Below, one piece after another: positions 38,270 to 50,982 of a stretch of 64,000 nucleotides of DNA. Below the pieces are notes generated by a model that was given only the letters and a program-made list of their open reading frames with translations, did not search any database and was not told the DNA's origin. How positions within the stretch are numbered: position 1 is the stretch's first letter; the number at the start of each line of letters is the position of its first letter. The DNA comes from Octopus sinensis. Taxonomy: Eukaryota. A program made the translations under genes and the position numbers. The DNA lies in NCBI RefSeq assembly GCF_006345805.1, contig NC_043002.1:82460001-82524000 (forward strand), in the 5' to 3' direction.

Positions 38270-38951
38270 TATACTACTAGCGAACAGTGGTCCCGGTGCG
38301 CGCACACGCGCATCAGTGCAAGCTAGTCGATCCTACAACGACTACCTAGCAAAGTAAATAAAACACAACAACACAAAGTAAATATCACAAAAACACAAAG
38401 TAAGGATCGACTAGTCATGACGAGCCGGCGCGGATGCGCGTGTCCGTACACAGGGACCACTATTCGCTAGCAGAACCATAGGTACTCCTAGCAAACTGTG
38501 GTCCCGGTGTTGGGCTCGCGCATCCGCACTAGCTAGACGTAAGTAGCCAATCCTAGGACTTTTAAACCCTAACCCTAACCTTAGTTTGTTTATAAAAATA
38601 ATTGGCATAACTTCGGTATAAGTACCGGATACATTTCGAAAGTGTTTTTTTCATATATATGGGGGGTCTGTGTGAGGGTTAGGGGTGGGAGAAAAGGGTT
38701 TCCGTTATCTTCAGAAATGTAAACAAAGTCACGTGTGTACATATACCGAAGGATCGCCAAATAATTTATTTACTTAGTTTAAAAAATTATTTCCTTTGCA
38801 TTTTATTTACTTTGTTCGAAAAATATTTAATTTTCTTTGATATGTATTCAGCCTTGAAATACAAACATACGCGCAAGTCGTTGTAGGATCGACTACTTAC
38901 GACTACCTAGCGCGAGTGCGCGCACCGGGACCACTGTTCACTAGTAGTACC
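38270..38951. mobile_element. Two tandem GGTAC-family MITEs (38270-38477, 38481-38951) in ZNF-f intron 1
   Basis: Two TIR pairs of the ctagcgaacagtggtcccgg type. Confidence 0.75.
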
Positions 38952-39164
38952 GAATTTCGTTATCCTCACTTTTGAATATGTTTTAGCAGGTATAAGATTG
39001 CTTTCATTGTTTGGTTGGTAATGTGGTGATTAGACGTGGGCTGCAATGTAAATGAAGAATAAAGATTCACTAAATAGGACCAATAACCATTTTAATTTTG
39101 TTGATTCGTTGCAAGACGTTGCGGCATTCTGGTAAAAACAGGAGAGAATACATTGTCAGATGGT

Positions 39165-39450
39165 ACTTACTGTGAGAAGGGCCTCGCGACACCATGTGTT
39201 GGGAGTCGAAGCAAAGAGAGCCAGCAGCATCAGTTCTAGGGCAGTGAGGGACCTGACTTGCCAAAAGGAAAAGAGGAACAGTCTTGGCAATTGGTTTCCT
39301 TTATACGTCTTTTATAATTTCCATTAGAGGCTGTTGTGCTTTGCACATGCGTCGTCGCTACCTGCTTTGTCTCTTCCGGTTTTTTTTAATGTTTAGCCCT
39401 GAGACAATCCAAGGGGACACGACAGGAATGATACGTTGTTGTACATCTCG
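39165..39450 (-). promoter_or_regulatory. Type-B first exon / promoter of ZNF-f
   Basis: Reverse-complement homolog of 55050-55408; ETS-like CCGGAA at 39374-39379; donor caca|GTAAGT at 39170. Confidence 0.6.
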
Positions 39451-40049
39451 ATTTCATCATGGTCAACTTCGATATCATCTCTAAGACCGTCACCCCCCAA
39501 AAACACCCTTTAAAAATTTTGGCGTAACTTCGGTATAGGTACAGGAAGTACCGTATACATTTCAAGAAATTGTTTTTTTTATATATATGGGGGGTTAGGG
39601 TTAGGGTTGGGAGAAAAGGGTTTCTGTCACCTTCAGAAATGTAAGCAAAGTCACTTACGGTACCTATACCGAAGGATCGCCAAATTTTTTTTGTCGACCG
39701 CCTCCCCCCCTTTCCGGTTACTTGGAATACGAATCTGCAAAATAATCGACATTTCTAAATTAGAACCCCCCCCCCCACACCCACCCGACCCCATTCCTTG
39801 CATTTTAAACTTTTTTCACAATTCCTCCTGCCCCGAAGTATGCGGGGAAAATACGCACATTATGATTCTGAAAAAATGTTGGGGGAAAAAAGTCAAAACT
39901 GAAGTAGTTAGGGTGGGAAACGGGGGAATTTCACAATACCAATTTTCCTGAACCTCCGTATCCGAAAACGGGTGTTTTTGGCAACAACAATTACAAAACT
40001 TAACAAATTCCGGAGAAAATGGTGTGGGGATGGGTGGAAGTTTTTCCTA

Positions 40050-41136
40050 TGTAATGAGTTTTTGTATGACCATACATTAACGTCAAGGATTACCTGTGTA
40101 GCAATATCGTTCCCTCATTGCTATCTTCACTGTTTGAGAAGAGTATTAAGAATAATCTCATTCGAGATTACAAACATCTTCGGCTAGTTTAACATTGTTG
40201 TAAACACTAATCCGATTGGCTGACACGTGGTCTCTACTACGTTCGCACCGCTGGTTGTCACGTGACGCGATTTGCCTCCGCTTATTTTTGCGCCATTGTT
40301 CCAAGCAGCCAATCACAGCTTTCCATTTCTGAAGTTCGTTTTGAGCCATATAAACCTTATATAAAGAAGGGTTCTCAGACAAATATTCGTCTTTGGTTCA
40401 AGTCCTTCTCAGGGCTAACCTCTGGCCACAGAGTTCGTCTTTGGTTCTAGTTCTTTTCAGAACGGACCTCTGACCACACAGAGCATACTCGACCATGTTC
40501 CAGTTCGAAAGGCAGGCGACCACCATTATATCAAGAGGAAAATAACCAAGCAGGATATATAATGAAGACGCAGCAAAAACCAAGCGACAGACACAACTCA
40601 TCGCCAAACATCGAAGATTTAATTTGTACACAAGACAACTACAGATTCAACTATAGCGGTTAGGTGAAAATCTCACCACGGGAAAAACGGCTACAGTTAA
40701 TATATCTGGAAGTATATTCATATCAAGAGAAAGATAAACACAACGAGTGATTCAATTAATCTCAACTACGAGACGCAACATCTTGATATGGAACTCTTAC
40801 ACACCATGTACCTCATAAACGGTAAATCAATTATCTGTCTTGAGTTCTAGTTCTTCTAAGAACTACCTTAAGCCATCTGCTACTACCTGTTGCTAGGCTG
40901 ATACCAACAACATGAACTGTGAACCAAATTCCATTGTTATTCCTCTGGTCAGTACCTTTTATGCCTCACAAACACACAGACACGAAAACATGCTAACACT
41001 TACAAACTTCCAACCAACATGATTGTAAAATATGTAAAATAAATAATGTATATATCTCAAAAAGAAATCTTGTTGTCCTTCCACTTATGTGCTATTGCCG
41101 CTGTATGTATTATATGGTCAGTAATAACTCATTAAG
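40050..41136 (+). mobile_element. Possible solo LTR / promoter-like insertion
   Basis: TGTAATGAGTT...tatgaccata at the start vs tatggtca...aactcatta at the end; internal CCAAT, CACGTG, TATATAAA and AATAAA; no TSD found. Confidence 0.4.
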
Positions 41137-41530
41137 AAGGGGATCACGTGCGATTGTATTCCCTATACGATACGACTGCATGTGATCCTATTTTTATACC
41201 TGTAACAATATTGTAAATGAATATAAACAGGTACTGCTGTGTGTTAAGAAGCTTACTTCCTAACCACATAGTTTGAGGTTCAGTCCCAATGCATGGCATT
41301 TTAAAGAAATGTCTTGTAATATAGCCTCAGGCTGACTGAATCCTTGTGAGTGGATTTAGTAGGTGGATACTGAAACACGCCCTTTGCATACAGATATCGG
41401 TGTAGGTGTGTGTGTCCCACCACCACCACCACTTGTACCTGAACAAGGAATTAACTATGTACGTGTACGTAAATAAGTAGACACATATATTAGAATAAGG
41501 GTGCCTGCCCAAGTGTGTTTGCATATTTAG

Positions 41531-41561
<31 letters not shown>

Positions 41562-41606
41562 TATATATATATATATACATATATATATAGATATATATGT
41601 ACATAT

Positions 41607-43450
41607 ATCATCATCATCATCGTTTAACGTCCGTTTTCCGCGCTAGCACGGGTTGGACGGTTCGACCGCGGTCTGGGAAGCCACGGGCTGCACCAGGCTC
41701 CAGTCTGATCTGGCAGTGTTTCTACAGTTGGATGCCCTTCCTAACGCCAACCACTCCGCGAGTTTAGTGGGTGCTTTTTACGTGCCACCGGCACAGGTGC
41801 CAGGGGAGTCTGGCATTGGCCACGATCGGTTGGTGCTTTTAACATGCCACCGGCATGGAAGCCAGTCAAGGCGGCGCTGGCATTGGCCACGTTCGGATGG
41901 TGCTTTTTATGTGCCACCGGCACAGAAGCCAGTCGAGGTGGCGCAGGTATCGGCCATGTTCGGATGGTGCTTTTTATGTGCTACCGGCACAGAAGCTAGT
42001 TGATGCGGCGCTGGCATCGGCCACGTTCAGATGGTGCTTTTTATGTGCCACCGGCACAGGTATCACAACTACTATTTCCATTGATATTTATTTCGATGTT
42101 CATGTACTTGACTCAATAGGTCTCCTCAAGTACAGCGGGATGTTCTGGAATCCAAGGTACTTTGAATGGGCAAGCGCTATGCGGGACTGGTGCAGGAAGC
42201 AGCCCGGGTCTTTGCAGTCACAGCATATCTCAAGAGATCTCGGTCCTTCGTCATTGCATCTGTGAGGCCCAACGCTCTGAGGTCATGCTTGATTACCTCA
42301 TCCCATGTCTTCCTGGGTCTACCTCTCCCCCTGATACCTTCAACTGTTTGGGAGTGGCACTTCTTCACACATCTCTCCTCATCCATCCGCAGTACATGAC
42401 CATACCATCGCAAGCGTCGCTCTTGCACACCACATCTGATGCTTCTTATGTCCAGCATTTCTCTCAGGGTGCTTACCCTTTGTCGTGCACGCACACTGAC
42501 ATTACACATCCAGCGGATCATGCTAGCTTCATTTCTTTCAAGTCTACGCATGTCCTCTGCAGTTACAGCCCATGTTTCACTACCATGAAGCATGGCAGTT
42601 CGCACACATGCATCATACAATCTACCTTTCACTCTGAGCGAGAGACCCTTTGTCGCCAGTAGGGGTAGGAGCTTCGTATTCTAGTGGTGACACTCTCTGA
42701 GCGTCCACCTCCACTACTAACTTGGTCACCCAGGTAGTGGAAACTATCAACTACTTCTAGTTTCTCCCCCTGGAGTGTGATGGAATCTGTTTTGTGAGTA
42801 TCTGTGGTGTCTATTGTCTCTGTGCATCTGCCGCACATGAAAGCTATCTTATCAGTTAATTTCCCTTTGATGTTGCTGCACCACTTATGCGTCCCTAGCT
42901 TACACTGGGTACATCTTATGGAGTTTCTACCTACACCTTTCCTACAGATCGAGCAGGGCCACCTGCCTGAGGGGGTGTGTACTGAGTTCGCCTTTCTTAC
43001 TATAACTTTGGTCTTTGCTACATTTACTCTAAGGCCCTTTGATTCTGACCCTTGCTTCCACACCTGAAATTTCTTTTCTAGTTCCGGTAGTGATTCTGCT
43101 ATGAGAGCCAGGTCATCAGCATAGAGGAGCTCCCAGGGGCAACCTGTCTTGAATTCTTCTGTTATTGCCTGGAGGACTATGATGAATAAAAGGGGACTGA
43201 GGGCTGAGCCTTGGTGTACACCTACTTCTACCCGGAATTCTTCACTATATTCGTTGCCAATTCTAACTTTGCTGACAGCCTCTCTGTATAGGGCCTGTAC
43301 AGCCCTTATTAGCCATTCGTCAATCTCCAGTTTCCGCATCGACCACCAGATAAGGGATCGGGGGACCCTGTCAAAGGCTTTCTCCAAGTCCACAAAAGCT
43401 ATGTAGAGAGGTTTATCTTTAGCTAGGTACTTCTGCAGTTGTCGGACCAA
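41607..43450 (-). mobile_element. 5'-truncated RTE-clade LINE (RT with Cys-rich insert, minisatellite 3' UTR, (GAT)n tail)
   Basis: Translation FVDLEKAFDRVP...GVHQGSALSPLLF...LLYADDL...RLRWYGHV; frameshifted. Confidence 0.9.
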
Positions 43451-43589
43451 CTTTTGGCTACCTGGTACAGTTCCCTGCTACCCCCATCCCTCCATGCTTT
43501 CCAGGCCTGTTTCTTTGCACTAATGGCTTTATATATATATATATATGTATATATATATGTATATGTATATATATATGTATATATATATA

Positions 43590-44008
43590 CAAATCAAAAT
43601 AGATGAACATCAATGGAATTTGTATCTTTGTGGTACCAGTGCCGGTGGCACACAAGAAAACCATCCGAACGTGGCCGTAGCCAGTACCGCATCGACTGAC
43701 CTCCATGCTGTGGGCACGTAACAAACACCATCCGATTGTAGCCGTTTGCCAGCCTCATCTGGCACGTGTGTCGGTGGCACATAAAAACACCATCCGAGCG
43801 TGGCCGTCTGCCAGCCTCGTCTGGTACCTGTGTCGGTGGCACATAAGATAACCCACTACACTCTCGGAGTGGTTGGCGTTAGGAAGGGCATCCAGCTGTA
43901 GAAACACTGCCAGATCTGACTGGCTTGGTGCAGCCTTCGGGCTCCCCAGACCCCAGTTGAACCGTCCAACCCATGCTAGCATGGAAAGCGGACGTTAAAT
44001 GATGATGA

Positions 44009-44064
<56 letters not shown>

Positions 44065-44112
44065 GTACATACATATATATATATATATATACACACATAT
44101 ATATATATATAC

Positions 44113-44170
<58 letters not shown>

Positions 44171-44428
44171 CATCATCATCATCACCGTCGTTTAACTTCC
44201 GTTCTCCATGCTAGCATGGGTTGGACGGTTCGACTGGGGATCTGGGAAGCCAGAAGGCTGCACCAGGCTCCAGTCTGATCTGGCAGTGTTTCTACAGCTG
44301 ATGCCCTTCCTAACGCCAACCACTCCGTGAGTGTAGTGGGTGCTTTTTATGTGCCATCTGCACAGGTGCCAGGCGAGGCTGGCAATGGCCACGATCGGAT
44401 TGGTGCATTTTACGTGCCACTGGCACCA
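43590..44428. mobile_element. Tail-to-tail RTE 3' UTR copies around a (TA)n tract
   Basis: Plus copy ends with (GAT)n near 44010; minus copy starts with (CAT)n near 44170. Confidence 0.75.
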
Positions 44429-45040
44429 ATACTACTAATAAGACAACAGTCCACACTAGTTTACTGTGCTAAATACTTCACACTTTTTACATGTTCTGAG
44501 AAAAAAAACAACACTTTTTATCTCACTGTATCAATAAAATAAATATTAGTAATATAATGGGTTGATTCAGCTGCCTGCATTAATTATTACAAGAAATTAT
44601 AAAAGAAATGTTAATTTTCTAATAACTTTCCAGTCTATTCTTTAAATATTCCAATTTCTATCCATGTAGTAGAGTGGAGGCACATGGCTTAGTGGTTAGG
44701 GTGTCAGCATCATGATCATAAGATTGGGGCGACGCGTTGTGTTCTTGAGCAAAACACTTCATTTCACATTGCTCCAGTCCACTCAGCGGGCAAAAATGAG
44801 TAATGCTGTGATGGACTGGCGTCCCATCCAGCTGAGGAACACATACGCCTTAGGAACCGGGAAACCGGGCCCATGAGCCTGGCTAGTACAGTAGCAAAGT
44901 GCTTGAAATATCCAACAGCTAAAGGGGATGGATGTCATTGACTCCTAAATCTACTTGAAAATGATTTCTACCAGAAAAGCTGTCAAAAACATACACAGTT
45001 ACGTACAAAAATAAAACCAGAATAAAATTTGCTAATTTTA

Positions 45041-45443
45041 GGCGTAGGAGCGGCTGTGTGGTAAGTAGCTTGCTTATGAACCACATGGTTCTGGGTTCAG
45101 TCCCACTGCATGGCACCTTGGGCATGTGTCTTCTACTATAGCCTCGGGCCGACCAAAGCCTTGTGAGTGGATTTGGTAGAAAGAAGTCTGTCATATATAT
45201 GTATATGTATGTGTGTGTGTATATATATATATGTATATGTGTGCGTGTATATTTTTGCCCCCCCAACATCGCTTGACAACCGATAGTGGTGTGTTTACGT
45301 CCCTGTATCTTAGCGGTTCAGCAAAAGAGACCGATAGAATAAGTACTAGGCTTACAAAGAATAAGTCCTGGGGTCGATCCGCCCGACTAAAGGCAGTGCT
45401 CCAGCATGGCCGCAGCCAAATTACTGAAACAAGTAAAAGAGTA
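45041..45443 (+). mobile_element. tRNA-derived SINE (family 1)
   Basis: ggcgtaggagcggctgtgtggtaag...gggttcagtccca; homologs at 51567-51925 (-), 59005-59346 (-), 60029-60430 (+) and 63150-63540 (+). Confidence 0.8.
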
Positions 45444-45841
45444 ATAAATGAAAATAAAATAAAAAACTGTTTCCATGCATTTTCAATGATATAAGATTCT
45501 TTCAAATACTGTATTATGTAGCATTCAAGTCAGAATAGTATATAGTGTAAGCGTTCAAACGTCATCACCCTCTCTCCAAATTCTGCAGCATTTTACATGG
45601 GATTTTTGGTCCACCAAAGTCGTCTTGATTTATAAGTCAACCTATCTTCTTTGACTTGTAAATCTTTGATTGGAAAAATTTGACTTGTATACCAGAAAAT
45701 GCAGTAGTTTGTTCTTACTCAAATGTCTTCTTTGCATCACACAATTTTAAATAATAGTTCTTACTAAAATGGTTTCTGCTTCTTTGAAGTTCTTCTGTAA
45801 ATTTCTGATATCAGTATCAGTATATATATACATATACATAT

Positions 45842-45914
<73 letters not shown>

Positions 45915-46927
45915 CATATATATATATATATCATCATCATCGTTTAACGTCCGTTCTCCATGCTAGCATGGGTTGGACGGTTCGACCAGGGATCTGGGAA
46001 GCCAGAAGGCTGCACCAGGCTCCGGTCTTATCTGGCAATGTTTCTACAGCTGGATGCTCTTCCTAACGCCAACCACTCCGTGAGTGTAGTGGGTGCTTTT
46101 TACATGCCACCTGCACTGGTGCAAGGCGAGGCTGGCATCGGCCACGGTCGGATTGGTGCATTTTACGTGCCACCTGCACGGAGGCCAGTCGAGGCGGCAC
46201 TGGCTTCGGCCACGATTCGGATGGTGCATTTTACGTGCCACCGACACGGAAGCCAGTAATTTTATATATATCCATACACCTAATTTTCTACCCTCATGCA
46301 TACACAAACACACTCATCTATATATATAATTGTGTGGATATGTATCTATGTACATACACACTCATGTTCTCTCTCCCCCTCTCCCTTTCTCATCCCCTCT
46401 GCTCCTCTCCCTCTCTATTGTAATTCTAATTCAAGTTTTTGTTTCTTTCTTGTTTTACCGTTTGACATTCAAATTACTCTTTCAAATGTAATGATTTATT
46501 TATTCGCATTGTTTCAAATTAATCATGCATTAGCCAGTAGCTTTGAGATTTCATTGATGTGATTGCTACCTTTTAAATTATCATTGTAGGGTTGTTGTGA
46601 GAGGCAAAATCTGGTCGGGCCAAATGCTAAAGCATTACATAATAATTTTCCAAGAATAATTCCAATCTCTTTAAACTCACAGTACTCATAACCAATTTGA
46701 GTAAGAAAAAAGAGGATTTGAATCACAGATCAATTCTTGCTGGGCAGCTATAATATATTATGATTACAGTAAAGTATATTTACCATTCCCTTTTCTCAAA
46801 TGAATTGCTATAAGTTTATTTCTTCTGTTTTAATTTACTATTTAATCTTCATAAGATAATATATCATTATCAATCACTTAGTGTCAAAGGGATTAGATTA
46901 TTTCACTAATGTTCACAACAGCAAAGG

Positions 46928-47705
46928 TCATCATCATCATCATCATCGTTTAACGTCCGTTCTCCATGCTAGCATGGGTTGGACGGTTCGACCGGGGATC
47001 TGGGAAGCCAGAAGGCTGCACCAGGCTCCAGTCTTATCTGGCAATGATTCTACAGCTGGATGCCCTTCCTAACGCCAACCACTCCGTGAGTGTAGTGGGT
47101 GCTTTTTACGTGCCACCTGTACAGGTGCCAGGCGAGGCTGGCAATGGCCACGGTCGGATTGGTGTATTTTACGTGCCACCGGCACGGAAGCCAGTCGAGG
47201 CGGCGCTGGCATCGGCCACGAGTTGGATAGTGCTTTTTACGTACCACCAGACCAGGGATCCTGGCTGGTTCTATTCAATTTCGATTTCGCTTGCCCCAAC
47301 ATGTCTTCGCAAGCAAAGGGGGTTGGCATGGGTGCCTGTCGTCGGATGAGGTTCTATATCGACTTCGCTTGCCTCAACAGGTCTTTGTGTCCAAGGGAGG
47401 AAAGGCATTCATAAGTGGGCTGGGCTCACTTGTCCTGCCTGGTCTTCTCACGTACAGCATATTTCCAAAGGTCTCGGTCGCTGGTCATTTCCTCAGTGAG
47501 GCCTAAAGTTCGAAGGTCGTGCTTCACCACCTCGTCCCAGGTTTTCCTGGGTCTACCTCTTCCACGGGTTCCCTCAACTGCTAGGATTGGCACTTTCTCA
47601 CACACCTATCTTCATCCATTCTCGCCACATGACCATACCAGCGCAATCGTCTCTCTTGCACACCACAACTGAGGCTTCTTAGGTACAACATTTCTCTCAA
47701 GGTAC
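46928..47705 (-). mobile_element. Second 5'-truncated RTE LINE copy
   Basis: Translation [37 protein letters not shown], plus 3' UTR and tail. Confidence 0.8.
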
Positions 47706-47827
47706 TAAATACATATATATATACACACACATATATATATACATACACATATATATATGTATATATACATACATATATATATATATACATACATATATAT
47801 ATATATATACATACATATATATATAAT

Positions 47828-47885
<58 letters not shown>

Positions 47886-47910
47886 TATATATATATACAT
47901 ATACATATAC

Positions 47911-47945
<35 letters not shown>

Positions 47946-47956
47946 CATACATATAC

Positions 47957-48009
<53 letters not shown>

Positions 48010-48288
48010 ATTCATATGACAAATATGCCGAAAAATTGGACATATTGTAGATTAACCACATAATTTTTTCACAATACGCATGCTACTGTGAAAAAATTAT
48101 GTGGTTAATGGACAATATGTCCAATTTTTCGGCATTAGAATTTTTTTCGTTTGCCCTTATCTATGAATTGTTTATAAATTTAACCTTTAAAGGTATTTTT
48201 TAATATGCTGGCCATTGATAAAATTTTTTTTGGAAAAGAATTTTTTTTGAAAAAAGTTTTATCCTACATTAGATATATATATATTTAT

Positions 48289-48335
<47 letters not shown>

Positions 48336-48640
48336 TATATATATACACATATATATGTATATGTATATATATATACATAAATATATATACATAGTGGAGG
48401 CGCAACTATGTACGTATATCTAAATAAGTAGACATATATGTTAGTATAAGAGTCCCTGCCATGTGTTTGCGTATATATGCATATATACACATACATACAT
48501 ATACATATGCATGTTTATATATCCAAATACACACAACACGTGTGTGTTTTGCTATTGTGTACATATGTATACGAGTATGAGCATACATGTGTGTCAGTAT
48601 ATGTATCAGTCTATGTCTATATGTGTACAAGTGTATATTG
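47706..48640. repeat. (TA)n/(TATACA)n microsatellite field
   Basis: Directly visible; similar tracts at 44011-44170 and 45820-45930. Confidence 0.95.
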
Positions 48641-49571
48641 AAATATCTTTTTGTCTACTTCAAGGAACCCTTGTCAACCATTTCAGAAACAATGTAGATA
48701 TGTACAACCCTTAGTTTCAGCTTCTTTGGCGAAATCAGGTCGGTTGAGTTATCTGGCACCATGTTCTTTTTTATGAGAAGTTCTGATTTCTAATTCCTAG
48801 CTCTATTTACCTGATCAAAACAGTTGTTTTGCAAGGGGTAACATTTTTGCTCATCGGTAAGGAAAATGTCTGCAACAGCTATAGTGAACTACAACACATC
48901 TGTGTTATTAACTATTCTTCCACTATGACTTTGATTACTCTCGGAGTGGTTGGCATTAGGAAGGGCATCCAGTTGTAGAAACTCTGTCAAATCAAGATTG
49001 GAGCCTGGTGCAGCCATCTGGTTCGTCAGCCCTCAGTCAAAATCGTCCAACCCATGCTAGCATGGAAAGCGGATGTTAAACGATGATGATGATGATATAT
49101 AATGTAAAAAGCACCCACTACACTCTCGGAGTGGTTGGTGTTAGGAAGGGCATCTAGCTGTAGAAACTCTGCCAAATCAAGATTGGACCCTGGTGCAGCC
49201 ATCTGGTTCGCCTGCCCCTAGTCAAACCATCCAACCCATGCCAGCATAGAAAGCAGATGTTAAACGATGATGATGATGATGATGAAAAGAGAACAAAGCC
49301 AAACTGAATTATTATTCATTATTCGCATTCCTTTATTCCCTCAAAATCCAGCACAATCATCTTCGGGAATCAATGGCATGGCTGTGTTCATATATTTCCA
49401 TATACACATGATAATGAGGTCCATATTCACGAATTTCATTTTGACATTAATGGAACAGAAGTTGATAACATCAAACTTGAAGATAAATAAACCTTGTCTT
49501 TTAACACAAAATATTCATAATTGTTTTCCTGCTGTAATAAATATTGATATTGTTACACTTGTGTATGAATA

Positions 49572-50093
49572 CTGCAAATCCCCGAGTATAGTCCGCCCTT
49601 GAGTATAATACGCAGGGGATTTTTAGGGGGCTGTACCTCTGAAAAACCTAAACCTTGTGTATAATACACACCTCTTCTCTAACTTGAGTTGTGCGTAATT
49701 AAGCCAGCAGCACCTAGTCGAACAAACACTTCCGTGCATGGGTAATACAATAATGGTGATGTTCTTAACTGTTATATGGGAATGTAAATATGTTTGCAAA
49801 TTGTTTTTGTTACATGTTATTCTGTGTTCTGAATACTTTTATTTTAATAAATGTTGCTTACTGCAAGTTAGGGGCGATTCTTTTATGGCTTCATTGCTTT
49901 CAGGCTTAGCTTCAGGTATTTTCGCGCCCGACATCACAAAATGCGTCTGAATAAACATTGCCGGACAGCAAATAGAGACTCGGACATTGCTTAGAAAATA
50001 TTTTTCATTTTTAACCTCATATATAGGATGCACTAGGGATTTTGACCTTTACATTTTGGGAAAAAACTGCGGATTATACTCGAGGATTTACGG
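49572..50093. mobile_element. Tc1/mariner-type MITE just after the ZNF-g stop codon
   Basis: TA|CTGCAAATCCCCGAGTATA...TATACTCGAGGATTTACGG|TA; absent at the paralogous ZNF-f site. Confidence 0.85.
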
Positions 50094-50109
50094 TACTCAC
50101 ATCTGTACT

Positions 50110-50982
50110 TCAGTGGCGTTTTGGAAAGAATGACTCACCACAGATATCACACTGATATGGGTTTTCTCCAGCATGAATACCTTTGTGACTAGTCAAGTGA
50201 CTATTTCTAGAGAATGAGGTTCCACAGATACTACAAAAATATGCTTTCTCTCCTGTATGTGTACGCTTGTGTTTAAGCAAGTGACCTTTTTGAGAGAAAG
50301 ATTTACAACAGATATTACAATGATATGGCTTCTCTCCTGTATGACTACGTTTGTGAATAATTAAAGTGTTATTTTCAGCAAATGATTTACCACAAATATC
50401 ACACTGATATGGCTTCTCTCCTGTATGTGTAGTTTTGTGTTTACTCAAATCACCACGTCGAGAGAATGATTTACCACAGATATCACAAGGGTATGGCTTC
50501 TCACCCGTATGAATACGTTTGTGTATATTTAGGTGACCCGATTCAGAGAACGATTTATCACAGATATCACAGTGAAATGGTTTTTCCCCGGTATGAATAC
50601 GCTTATGAATAGTCAGCTTACTAGTTTCAGAAAATGATTTACCACAGATGTCACATTTATGAGGTCTTTCCCCAGTATGAACACGTCGGTGCCTAGTCAA
50701 TTGACTGTTTCTAGAGAATGATTTACCACAGATATCACAATGAAATGGTTTCTCTCCTGTATGTGTAGGTCTGTGTTTAATCAAGTCACCACTCTGAGTG
50801 AATGATTTACCACAGATATTGCAATGATATGGTTTCTCCCCTGTATGCGTACGTACGTGACGGGTCAACACAATACTTTGAGAGAATGATTTACCACAGA
50901 CATTACAGTGATATGGCTTCTCTCCTGTATCAGGGATTTTTGGTTTATTTACATTACTCATTTTAAGAGAATAATTTGTCAT
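50110..50982 (-). CDS. ZNF-g: C2H2 zinc-finger protein, 9 intact fingers plus a partial one; close paralog of ZNF-f
   Basis: Finger repeats; first ATG at 50982; acceptor at 51360-51361. Confidence 0.92.
   Translation of the reverse strand: MTNYSLKMSNVNKPKIPDTGEKPYHCNVCGKSFSQSIVLTRHVRTHTGEKPYHCNICGKSFTQSGDLIKHRPTHTGEKPFHCDICGKSFSRNSQLTRHRRVHTGERPHKCDICGKSFSETSKLTIHKRIHTGEKPFHCDICDKSFSESGHLNIHKRIHTGEKPYPCDICGKSFSRRGDLSKHKTTHTGEKPYQCDICGKSFAENNTLIIHKRSHTGEKPYHCNICCKSFSQKGHLLKHKRTHTGEKAYFCSICGTSFSRNSHLTSHKGIHAGENPYQCDICGESFFPKRH

Noticed and set aside
38560-38590. Interstitial telomere
   Set aside because: Only 2-3 TTAGGG units, always inside a MITE.
41780-42060. CRISPR-like repeat array
   Set aside because: The units are whole-length tandem repeats without unique spacers, they lie in a LINE 3' UTR, and no cas genes are present in this eukaryotic context.
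43879-48714. Many ORFs rich in YIYI/HIYT
   Set aside because: Translations of (TA)n/(TACA)n microsatellites.
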